A DNA stretch of 64,000 nucleotides. Source: an uncultured Bacteroidota bacterium (GTDB lineage Bacteria > Bacteroidota > Bacteroidia > B-17B0 > Aurantibacillaceae). Below the pieces are notes generated by a model. It was not told the DNA's origin. It was given only the letters and a program-made list of their open reading frames with translations, and did not search any database. A program made the position numbers and the translations under genes. The first letter of the stretch is position 1. Each line of letters opens with the position of its first letter. The stretch is taken from assembly GCA_937868545.1 (NCBI GenBank), contig CALMMX010000231.1, positions 1,233 to 65,232 on the forward strand, written 5' to 3'. This document shows positions 20,684 to 28,641 of the stretch, in pieces.

Positions 20684-22429
20684 TTACTCTTTAATAAATT
20701 TCACAGCCTTTGTATTACCTATTTGTAAAAAATAAATGCCACTATTTAAGTTTTGAATATTTAATGTTGAGTTTATAGTTGTAGCTATTTCAGTTAAAAC
20801 TACTTTGCCTAAAACATTAGTAATTAAAATAGTTTCTGGGCTATTTATATTATTTAATTCAATATTTAAAATAGAGTTTGTTGGGTTTGGATAAATAGAA
20901 AGATTATTTGTTGTTAAAATTTCATTTAAACCAATACTCATTGCACCACCAAGTTTTATGGCATAGCTGCTATTTGGGGCACTATAAGAGGTAACTGTAA
21001 ATTGTGTTGTTGGTCCTGGATCTAAATCAAATACAACGCCAAAGCTATTAGCATATTCTCCACAAAAATAAGGCGTATTTTTTGTGTCAACATTTACTGC
21101 ATTAACGTTATTAATTCCACCGCCGCCTATTCTTCTTGCATCAATGTAATTACCATTTCCATCTAACTTAGTTATAAAAACCTCAAGCCCACTTCCATAA
21201 GGGTTTACTAAATTATTTGTAGCAGTTGGTGATGCATTAAAATCTACTGTGCCTTGAAAAACTCCTGTAGCATAAATATTTCCTTGGTTGTCTAAATCAA
21301 TCGCTGATCCGTTATCTTGATAAAGATCTCCAAACTGTTTTACCCAGTTTAAAGTGCCAGTATTATTCAATTTATAAATACAAATATCTTCTGAAGTCCC
21401 TGTACCAAAACTTTGAAGAGTAAATGTATTTACAGGATCGGGGTCAAAATCCATTACTCCTCTAAATGTAGAATTAACAAACACATTTCCAGTAGCGTCT
21501 ACTACTGCTTTACCTGGGGTGCCACTAGCTGTACTACCAGTAAAAGATTTTGCCCATACAAAATTACCATTAGCATCTAATTTAGAAACAAAAGGATACT
21601 CGTTACCTATTAAAGTAAATTGAGTAGTAGCATCAGGATCAAAATCAATAATATCATAAAATTGACCAAACGTGTATATATTATTAGAAGCATCTAAAGA
21701 TAAACTGAATATCTGGCTTTTATCATTACTAGAAAATGTAGTAGTGCCAACAAAACCTTTCGCCCAAATAAAATCACCGTTAGCATCAAGTTTTTGAACA
21801 TACGCATTACTAGGGCCAACAGGTTGTATAGTATAAGTAGCGCCACTAGGGTCAAAATCTGCAACAGAATTAAAAACACCAGCCAAATAAATATTACCTG
21901 TAGGGTCTGTAGCTAAGTCTACTGTCCAATCTAATAAACCAGAAGTTACATTGTTTTTTGCCCAAATAAAATCACCAGCTCCATTAAGTTTCATTACAAA
22001 ACCATCAGTATTGCTTGCGGCCAAGGTATATGTTGATGTTGGATTTGGATCAAAATCAACCATACTTTTAAAATTACCTCCTACAATAATATTTCCTGTT
22101 GCATCAACTACTACTGTATTTGCATTATCCCAATCAAAAGAACCAACTTGCTTTGCCCATAAAAAATTACCCATGCTGTTTAATTTTAAAATAAAAGCGT
22201 TTGTAATGTAAGATGTATTAGTTCTTAAATAAAATGTATCAGCTGGCAAATTACTGGGATTAAAATCTACCGTTCCTGCAAAATCTCCAACAATGTAAAC
22301 ATTGCCTAAAGAATCAGTTGTAATATCTTTATTTATTGCAGAGCTTGTTTTAGCCCAACTAAAATTTGGTATTTGAGCGTAGGTATTTAAAATAAATAAG
22401 CTTGACAATAGTTTGTAGAATGTTTTCAT
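20684..22429 (-). CDS. SBBP beta-propeller-repeat protein with type A T9SS sorting domain
   Basis: About 10 repeats of the type D..GN[IV]Y..G.F.G..DFDP....., and a C-terminal IYPNPTNSILNIEL...GIYFLQI... tail. Confidence 0.8.
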   Translation of the reverse strand: MKTFYKLLSSLFILNTYAQIPNFSWAKTSSAINKDITTDSLGNVYIVGDFAGTVDFNPSNLPADTFYLRTNTSYITNAFILKLNSMGNFLWAKQVGSFDWDNANTVVVDATGNIIVGGNFKSMVDFDPNPTSTYTLAASNTDGFVMKLNGAGDFIWAKNNVTSGLLDWTVDLATDPTGNIYLAGVFNSVADFDPSGATYTIQPVGPSNAYVQKLDANGDFIWAKGFVGTTTFSSNDKSQIFSLSLDASNNIYTFGQFYDIIDFDPDATTQFTLIGNEYPFVSKLDANGNFVWAKSFTGSTASGTPGKAVVDATGNVFVNSTFRGVMDFDPDPVNTFTLQSFGTGTSEDICIYKLNNTGTLNWVKQFGDLYQDNGSAIDLDNQGNIYATGVFQGTVDFNASPTATNNLVNPYGSGLEVFITKLDGNGNYIDARRIGGGGINNVNAVNVDTKNTPYFCGEYANSFGVVFDLDPGPTTQFTVTSYSAPNSSYAIKLGGAMSIGLNEILTTNNLSIYPNPTNSILNIELNNINSPETILITNVLGKVVLTEIATTINSTLNIQNLNSGIYFLQIGNTKAVKFIKE

Positions 22430-22513
22430 TATCTTTGTTTTATTTTGAATGATTTTTTTATTTTTTGAAGCTACTAAGTATTTTAATCAGTTTATATAGG
22501 GAGAAAACCTTAT

Positions 22514-23446
22514 TTAATTACTTACAACTTTATCTAGTAAATTTATTTTCACACCAATGCCAGCAAAAGCAGTTAAGCCATCTGCTCCAGGATATTTTCC
22601 AAATTCTGCATTAAAATGTAAACCTATGTTTTGCATCTTACCAAAATATAATCCTGCTTCAAATGTAAATCGAGCACCTATTGGAAGGCTTCTACCATTT
22701 ACTTTATCAATTTCAGATGTAGCTCCACCTACAGTTTTTTGTTTTTTATTTATAGAAAGTGTTGAACTGCCAAATAATGCATCAGCCCCAACCGACATAT
22801 ACTGATTTTTTCTTCCTTTTGCTGACATGCCAGTTCCATGATTTGAATTGGTGTGGTTTTTTGAACTATAAATATATATTCCGCCATACGCACCTAATGT
22901 AGAATACTTAAACACATATCCACCTCCACTAAAATTTCCGACATTATTAAATATGCTATCTGTGTATGTAATGCCATAAGCCGTTGTTTTTACACTCGTA
23001 TTGCCATATCCCATATCGGATAAATCACTTGAGTTAACAGTGCTAAATCCTTTTCTAAAAAAGCCTCCACGTAAGCCTTTTAACTTATGAATATTTATAT
23101 CTGTAATTAAAACTTGATAGGTATTTCCACCAGTAAGTTTATCGAACACCTTACCTTTTTTGCTAACAATTTTATTTTGAAAAGCAAACATAACACCAAG
23201 GTCTGTTTTGTTACAAATTTTAGAAATGCCTAAAGATGTTTGAGCAATTAATCTTTTTTGTATAACAAAATTTCCATCGGCAGCTAATACAAAATAGGGC
23301 ACTTCACCACTAAAGACACCAAATTCTAATTTTGGCGCAATTGATAAACGTTTTTGATAAAGGTCTAAATCAAATTGATTAGCTTTCTCTTGAGCCGAAA
23401 AGGCTGTTGTAATAATTAAAGCGGCAATTGTAATCATTTTTTTCAT
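22514..23446 (-). CDS. putative outer-membrane beta-barrel protein
   Basis: Signal peptide, alternating Gly/aromatic-rich strands, C-terminal ...FAGIGVKINLL. No family recognised. Confidence 0.45.
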   Translation of the reverse strand: MKKMITIAALIITTAFSAQEKANQFDLDLYQKRLSIAPKLEFGVFSGEVPYFVLAADGNFVIQKRLIAQTSLGISKICNKTDLGVMFAFQNKIVSKKGKVFDKLTGGNTYQVLITDINIHKLKGLRGGFFRKGFSTVNSSDLSDMGYGNTSVKTTAYGITYTDSIFNNVGNFSGGGYVFKYSTLGAYGGIYIYSSKNHTNSNHGTGMSAKGRKNQYMSVGADALFGSSTLSINKKQKTVGGATSEIDKVNGRSLPIGARFTFEAGLYFGKMQNIGLHFNAEFGKYPGADGLTAFAGIGVKINLLDKVVSN

Positions 23447-23504
23447 AGTACAAATTTTATACTACAAAAATAGTTTGCCATTACTAATTAGTTATGAGGA
23501 GTAA

Positions 23505-23534
23505 ACACCAAAATAATAGGGAGTATTCCCTATT
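23505..23534 (-). terminator. hairpin terminator downstream of the response-regulator gene
   Basis: AATAGGGA (23515-23522) pairs with TCCCTATT (23527-23534), 4-nt loop, T-rich tract follows on the minus strand. Confidence 0.5.
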
Positions 23535-23542
23535 TTACAATA

Positions 23543-24196
23543 TTAAACAGAAATTAAACCTGTTTTAATAGCATATTTCACTAAACCAACTGAGCTTCTG
23601 CAATCGCACTTTGCTAAAATATTTTGTCTATGATTACCTACTGTTTTTATGCTAATAAATAATTTCTCAGCTATTTGTTCACTGCTTAACTCCTTAGCAA
23701 TTAGCGTCAAAATTTCTTTTTCTCTTTCTGATAATTGAGCTATGTTTTGTGTAGCTTTTTTTTCGGAATTAAAATGCGAATAAATAATTGGTATAATTTC
23801 TTCAGAATAATAAGTTCCATCATTACTAATTTTAAATATAGCTTCAAGTAATTTATCCTTACCTCCATTTTTAAGCATATAGCCATCTGCTTCAGCTAAA
23901 ATAGATTCTTTAATAATTTCTTTGCTACTATACATGCTTAAAACTAATACTTTAATATGTGAGTAAGAAGCTTTAACCAAGCGGCAAAGCTCTATACCAG
24001 ATACTGTTGGCATATTAATATCTGTAATTAAAAAATTAATTCCGCTACTGTTTTTTTCTAAATAATTTAAAACATCAGTAGTGTTATTACAAGTATGCGC
24101 CACGTTTATATTCTTTTCGCTACTAAGCATAAATTGTAATCCATCTATCACAATTTGATGGTCGTCGGCTATTATTAAATTTATATTTTGGTTCAT
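23543..24196 (-). CDS. NarL/FixJ-type response regulator (REC + LuxR HTH)
   Basis: IADDH..., phospho-acceptor context LITDINMP, C-terminal LSEREKEILTLIAKELSSEQIAEKLFISIKTVGNHRQNI. Confidence 0.9.
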   Translation of the reverse strand: MNQNINLIIADDHQIVIDGLQFMLSSEKNINVAHTCNNTTDVLNYLEKNSSGINFLITDINMPTVSGIELCRLVKASYSHIKVLVLSMYSSKEIIKESILAEADGYMLKNGGKDKLLEAIFKISNDGTYYSEEIIPIIYSHFNSEKKATQNIAQLSEREKEILTLIAKELSSEQIAEKLFISIKTVGNHRQNILAKCDCRSSVGLVKYAIKTGLISV

Positions 24197-26073
24197 ATAT
24201 TAATATTTAAAACAATGTTAGTTCCTTTGCTATTGCTATTTACATCTAAATTAGCGTTTATGATTTTAGCTCTAGTAATTATATTACTCCAACCAATACC
24301 ACTTGAAGTATATATTTTTTGGGTATCAAAACCAACGCCATCATCTGCAATATTTATTCTTAAATTATTACCTGTTACAACAAAACTTACCAAAATTTGC
24401 TTGGCATTCGCATGTTTTATCATGTTGTTAAAAACCTCTTGCACTATGCGGTAAATGGATAGCTCAATGTTTGTAGCAAATTTTAAAGGCTGTGTTTCTT
24501 CGTAATTAAATACACATTGAATTGTTCCTACTTCGTTTATTTTTGAGCATAAATCTTTCACAGCGGGCACTAAACCCAGGTTTATAATTTCGGGCATTAG
24601 GTTATGTGATATGCCACGGACTTCGCTAATTGTACTATCTAATAAATCTATTTGTTTCTTATTCTCTATTTCATTAACTGATGCGTACATTTTTAGTACA
24701 GTTAATTTTTGTCCAATACCATCGTGTAACTCACGAGCAATTCGCATTCTCTCAGTTTGCTCACTTTGTATAATTTTTAAGGAAGCTTCGTTTTCTTGTT
24801 CAATGAGTTGTTTGTTTTTTTTGTTTTTAAAACGGGAAAATAGCAAGTAGGAAATAATACCAATTAAAAAAGCTATCAATGAAATAAAAATTATAAGATT
24901 ACTTCGTTGCTTTAATTTTTCATTTTGCAACAGTATTGTTTTTTCTTTGTTATTTGTATCAAATTTTATTTCTAACTCATTTATTTTATTCTTTGAATCT
25001 ACATTCAATAATGAATCGTTAAGTGTATTTTTTAACAATAAAAAATCATATGCTGTCTTATAGTCATTTATTTGTTTACTTACAATTATACCCGCATCAT
25101 AAAATAAATTTAAATCTTCAATATCATCATATTTTTTAGCATAAAAAAAAGAGGAATCTAAAAAAAGTTTAGCTTCATCATATCTATTTAAGAAAGCATC
25201 GGCTTTTGCTAAACTAGTATATGATAACGCATACCCATCTAAATTACGCCTCCCCTTTTCTATTAGCAGAGCTCTCATGGCATTCTTGTACATCAACTCA
25301 TATTCACCTTTTACTTCATATATTAAAGCAGAGTTATTTAAAACTACAGGTAATTCTATTGAATCCTTTCTGGTTTCTGAAATTAATAATGACTTTTGGG
25401 AATTTACAAAAGAACTATCTAAAAAACTCTGTTTTTTATCACGATTCTCAATGCGTTTGGCTAATGCAAGAAAGGACATGCTTTTTAAGTCCAAAATAGC
25501 TGCAACCCGATTCTCAAATTTATTTTTATTTGCTAAAATCAGGGCTTGATTTAAATTTTTAATTGCTTCTTCTTCATTATTATTTAAAGAATTTAACTTT
25601 GACAGCTTTTCATAACCATAAACTTCCATGACTACAATATTATTTTTCTTTACATAATCAATATATTCAAGCATTATTTTAGTCCCTTCTTTATAATTAT
25701 GCAAAGCGACATAATTTGAGGCTATTCCCAATAAACACGCACCCTTTATTTTATGATAACTAGTTCTAGATAATATTTCCTTTGCTTTAAAGTTATAATA
25801 ATTAGAACTGTCGTAATTACCATTAGAATAATGAAACATACCCATTGAAAGATTTAATCTCCCTAATCCATAAGTACTATTTATTTTCTTAGCATCAACA
25901 ATTGCTTTAGTTATTAATGACCGAAACAAAATCTCGTCTCGTGAGTTTGCATCACATTTATTTATTAACTTCATTAAATTCAAAGAATCAGATTCTTTAT
26001 TTTCAGATTGTGATAACAAACCTGAAGAAGCAACCATTAAAAAGATAAATAGAATATTAAGTTTAATTTTCAT
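24193..26073 (-). CDS. TPR-containing sensor histidine kinase (HisKA_3/HATPase)
   Basis: Signal peptide, TPR-like repeats, one TM (LIIFISLIAFLIGIISYLLF), H-box RIARELHDGIGQ, and an N/G-box region. 4-nt overlap with the regulator gene. Confidence 0.85.
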   Translation of the reverse strand: MKIKLNILFIFLMVASSGLLSQSENKESDSLNLMKLINKCDANSRDEILFRSLITKAIVDAKKINSTYGLGRLNLSMGMFHYSNGNYDSSNYYNFKAKEILSRTSYHKIKGACLLGIASNYVALHNYKEGTKIMLEYIDYVKKNNIVVMEVYGYEKLSKLNSLNNNEEEAIKNLNQALILANKNKFENRVAAILDLKSMSFLALAKRIENRDKKQSFLDSSFVNSQKSLLISETRKDSIELPVVLNNSALIYEVKGEYELMYKNAMRALLIEKGRRNLDGYALSYTSLAKADAFLNRYDEAKLFLDSSFFYAKKYDDIEDLNLFYDAGIIVSKQINDYKTAYDFLLLKNTLNDSLLNVDSKNKINELEIKFDTNNKEKTILLQNEKLKQRSNLIIFISLIAFLIGIISYLLFSRFKNKKNKQLIEQENEASLKIIQSEQTERMRIARELHDGIGQKLTVLKMYASVNEIENKKQIDLLDSTISEVRGISHNLMPEIINLGLVPAVKDLCSKINEVGTIQCVFNYEETQPLKFATNIELSIYRIVQEVFNNMIKHANAKQILVSFVVTGNNLRINIADDGVGFDTQKIYTSSGIGWSNIITRAKIINANLDVNSNSKGTNIVLNINI

Positions 26074-26229
26074 TAGAGTTAATTGTTTTATTGAAGAATT
26101 AATTATTGAAGTAAATTTAATGTTTTAATTTTATTACATATAGTCATTTCTCCCCATATAAAATTATATTTCAAAATTTTCAACTTTAAATATTGAAAAA
26201 CTTTCGTTTATAAAAATCTAATCCCTTAA

Positions 26230-26541
26230 CATTTAAATTATGATACGTTTAATTAATGGCAATTAAAAAAGACAATCGCTTTAATAAATTAAAAAGCAGA
26301 AATAAATGAAGCTATTTTTTAAACACTAAAAAAATCCAGATTGAAAACCGCAGATGATATGACTGAGGAAAGAAGAAAAGCTAATAACTTAGACACTGCG
26401 AAAAAACAAGCACATGCTTACTGTGAAAAAGTAAAACCATTTTTTGAAACCATTCGTTATAATGTAGATAAGCTTGAAAACATTGTAGACGATGCTACTT
26501 GGCCTTTACCAAAATACAGAGAAATGTTATACTTAAGATAA
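26230..26541 (+). pseudogene. multiply deleted remnant of a glnN 3' region (5' boundary approximate)
   Basis: 26230-26322 aligns loosely (about 70-80 %, with indels) to glnN ~18868-18977. 26323-26350 aligns to glnN 19196-19223 (about 25/28). 26350-26541 matches glnN 19407-19598 (188/192). The track ORF 26341-26541 encodes the identical last 63 aa of GlnN. Confidence 0.8.
26350..26541 (+). repeat. copy B of the 192-nt glnN 3'-end repeat
   Basis: Differences from copy A are GAT>GAC, TTG>TTA, TAT>TAC and TAG>TAA. Confidence 0.9.
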
Positions 26542-26563
26542 TAACATACATAATTAAAATTTA

Positions 26564-26602
26564 AAAGCGGTTATCCTAAACAGGTAACCGCTTTCTTTTT
26601 TT
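26564..26602 (+). terminator. Rho-independent terminator following the glnN remnant
   Basis: AAAGCGGTTA (26564-26573) pairs with TAACCGCTTT (26585-26594) and is followed by CTTTTTTT. Its sequence is unrelated to the glnN terminator at 19626-19665. Confidence 0.75.
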
Positions 26603-26659
26603 CAATTCCCTAAAAAAATAAATAATTGATTTACTGTAAGTTATATTATTTTCAAAAAC

Positions 26660-26685
26660 AAACTTTCATTTTTTATTGAAAGTTT
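26660..26685. promoter_or_regulatory. palindromic operator candidate upstream of the GbsR-like regulator gene
   Basis: AAACTTTCA-N8-TGAAAGTTT, 38 nt upstream of the ATG at 26723. Same half-sites and spacing as 27243-27266. Confidence 0.55.
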
Positions 26686-26722
26686 AAGAATAAGTATTAC
26701 ATTTGTATAGAAATTAGAAATA

Positions 26723-27229
26723 ATGGAATTTACTGAAGGAAAACAAAAATTTATACAAACTTGGGGAACACTAGGTAGTAGTTGGGGAATTAGCAGAACG
26801 ATGGCTCAAGTTCATGCATTATTATTAATTAGTCCAGATGCTTTAACTACAGAAGAAGTGATGGAGGATTTAAAAATATCTCGCGGAAATGCCAACATGA
26901 ATTTAAGAGACTTAATGGATTGGGGTTTGATTAGTAAAGAACTAGTAGCAGGAGAACGTAAAGAATATTTTGTTGCCGAAAAGGATATTTGGAAAGTAGC
27001 AAAACAAATTATTAAAGAACGCAGAAAAAGGGAAATTGAGCCAGTACTAAGCATTTTAGAAGATTTAAAACAAGTAAAGGGAAACAAAACCGACAAATAC
27101 CATTCTGAGTTTATAAAAACTGTAGCTAATATTGAAGCTGTAGTGGAGAAAACTGATTTCGCATTAGACAAAGCTGTTAAATTAGATGAAAATGCATTTG
27201 TAGGAATGTTATTCAAACTATTTAAATAA
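26723..27229 (+). CDS. GbsR/MarR-like winged-helix transcriptional regulator
   Basis: The N-terminal W..LG..WGISRTMAQVHALLLIS...LTTEEVMEDLKISRGNANMNLRDLMDWGLI pattern is typical of the COG1510/GbsR-like family. Confidence 0.75.
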   Translation: MEFTEGKQKFIQTWGTLGSSWGISRTMAQVHALLLISPDALTTEEVMEDLKISRGNANMNLRDLMDWGLISKELVAGERKEYFVAEKDIWKVAKQIIKERRKREIEPVLSILEDLKQVKGNKTDKYHSEFIKTVANIEAVVEKTDFALDKAVKLDENAFVGMLFKLFK

Positions 27230-27242
27230 TTTTTTTTAATCT

Positions 27243-27266
27243 AAACTTTCAATTCTTACTGAAAGT
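27243..27266. promoter_or_regulatory. second copy of the palindromic operator candidate
   Basis: AAACTTTCA-N8-TGAAAGT, 22 nt upstream of the ATG at 27288. Confidence 0.55.
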
Positions 27267-27287
27267 ACAAAAAAATAAAATAAGAAA

Positions 27288-27662
27288 ATGGAAACAACAG
27301 TAACAAAAAAGCAATTAAAAAACTATTTACTTATAGCAATTATAAGCGGATTAGTAGGTGTTTTCGCATTTATACTATTAGGGTATTTCGAGTTTTTTGT
27401 GGGTAGTATACAATTAATTTTTGCACTTATAAAAACCATTTATCAATTTATACGAGATAAATCAATATCCGGAAATATGAAATTGTATTGGAAAATAGTA
27501 TTCTTCTATTTTCTTACTATGGGCGTACTAAGTTTAATTATTAGCAATTTTATAACTAACTCAAATCACACTCATTTCTTTTGGAGTTTTTACATAAGCA
27601 CAGCGTGGGGCATCGCAATCTATCACTTTAGGCATATCATGTTTCCTAAACAAAACAAATAA
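27288..27662 (+). CDS. small integral membrane protein (about 4 TM)
   Basis: 124 aa, hydrophobic spans, directly downstream of the regulator and operator. Confidence 0.5.
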   Translation: METTVTKKQLKNYLLIAIISGLVGVFAFILLGYFEFFVGSIQLIFALIKTIYQFIRDKSISGNMKLYWKIVFFYFLTMGVLSLIISNFITNSNHTHFFWSFYISTAWGIAIYHFRHIMFPKQNK

Positions 27663-27669
27663 AACTACT

Positions 27670-28038
27670 ATGTTACTTATAATTTCATATGTGCTTTACC
27701 TAATAATAACAGCAGTAATTACTTTTTATGTTGGCTGGTTATGTTACAAAAATGGTATTCATTATATACAGGCCGAGCTAAAAGATGAGGTGCTAGCCAA
27801 TGCTGTAAACCGTTTTTTGCTCATAGGCTATTACCTAACAAACTTAGGTTATGCAGCAATAATGATTTATAATTGGGACCAAGTCAATAATATGGCAGAT
27901 GTTATTAATGCACTATCTAAACGTATTTCATTTATAGTGCTTTCAATGGGAGGTATGCATTATTTAAATATTACACTAATCTACCTCCTTCGTCAAAACA
28001 ATAAAACATCAATAAATAAAAATAATACAAACAATTAA
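27670..28038 (+). CDS. small integral membrane protein, paralog of the next gene
   Basis: 122 aa; shares ...Y[VL]...L[CF]KNG....., N[RK][FL][LF].IG[YF]YL.N.G[YF]A..[IM]..... with 28051-28488. Confidence 0.5.
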   Translation: MLLIISYVLYLIITAVITFYVGWLCYKNGIHYIQAELKDEVLANAVNRFLLIGYYLTNLGYAAIMIYNWDQVNNMADVINALSKRISFIVLSMGGMHYLNITLIYLLRQNNKTSINKNNTNN

Positions 28039-28050
28039 AAACAAAACATC

Positions 28051-28488
28051 ATGGACACGCAAACTTTAACACACGAAACAAGTAAATTAGTAATCGCTTA
28101 TCTAATTTATTTACCAGTATCAATAATGCTAACCTTATATGTTGCACATACTTTATTTAAAAATGGTAAAATCTTTATGCTTGATATCTTTCATGGAAAA
28201 CAAGACATTGCCTTTAGCACAAATAAATTATTTGAAATAGGCTTTTACCTGCTCAATATAGGTTTTGCTTTACTTATCCTGCGTATAGATAACAGAATTT
28301 ATAGTTATCAGGGAATGATAGAGGCTTTAAGTGTAAAACTTGGATGGTTCTCCATTTATTTAGGTATAATGCTTTTCTTCAATCTTTATATGTTTTTTAG
28401 AGGCAGAAAAGCTAGCAAAAGATCTACAAATGTTGCTGCACATTTCGATACTGGCACTACATTTAATATCCAAGAAAACAAAAAGTAA
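28051..28488 (+). CDS. small integral membrane protein, paralog of the previous gene
   Basis: 145 aa with the same TM architecture and shared motifs as 27670-28038. Confidence 0.5.
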   Translation: MDTQTLTHETSKLVIAYLIYLPVSIMLTLYVAHTLFKNGKIFMLDIFHGKQDIAFSTNKLFEIGFYLLNIGFALLILRIDNRIYSYQGMIEALSVKLGWFSIYLGIMLFFNLYMFFRGRKASKRSTNVAAHFDTGTTFNIQENKK

Positions 28489-28641
28489 TATCGTAGTTCT
28501 TATTAAACGCAAGCTAACGTTTACTCATTATTACAAATCTAATAATATCTATTATGAAATAGCCATGTTTGCCTCAAGCAAAAACACCAATGGGTAAACT
28601 GGCTATACCATATGACAACTAAAAAATAATAATTAAAACAT

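Noticed and set aside
22495-22504. TATAGGGAGA resembles the initiating end of a T7-type phage promoter.
   Set aside because: The upstream 13 nt of the T7 consensus are absent and no phage genes are nearby, so the resemblance is coincidental.
19599-26349. Calling the block between the glnN repeats a mobile genetic element or genomic island.
   Set aside because: I can see no integrase, transposase, relaxase, tRNA target or terminal inverted repeats typical of known elements. Only the direct repeat of the glnN 3' end supports the idea.
26341-26541. Treating the 66-aa track ORF as an ordinary independent gene.
   Set aside because: It is the 3' tail of a decayed glnN copy, starts at a TTG, and lies inside a region of glnN homology. 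It is annotated as a pseudogene remnant, and possible expression is raised only as a hypothesis in the findings.
26812-27216. 134-aa ORF antisense to the GbsR-like regulator. Similar antisense or shadow ORFs in the track include 904-1095, 2257-2445, 7780-8210, 12996-13337, 14156-14401, 16393-16957, 18025-18366, 20311-20664, 21694-22211, 22557-22805, 24188-24454, 24611-25549, 29560-29757, 31733-31939, 32692-32874, 37591-37908, 39890-40081, 40935-43286, 45886-46086, 46815-47033, 50033-50305, 51841-52299, 53771-54016, 55131-55379, 56560-56989, 58019-58309, 58606-59142, 59708-59896, 60977-61234, 61505-62058, 62643-63092 and 63784-63975.
   Set aside because: Each lies inside, and mostly antisense to, a gene with strong family motifs. 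The translations are low-complexity with no recognisable motif, so they are most likely non-coding shadow frames.
28559-28606. Imperfect hairpin ATAGCCATGTTTGCC...GGGTAAACTGGCTAT between the membrane-protein trio and the lipoprotein gene.
   Set aside because: It has a bulge and a mismatch in the stem, an 18-nt loop and no T-run. The evidence is too weak to call it a terminator or an RNA element.
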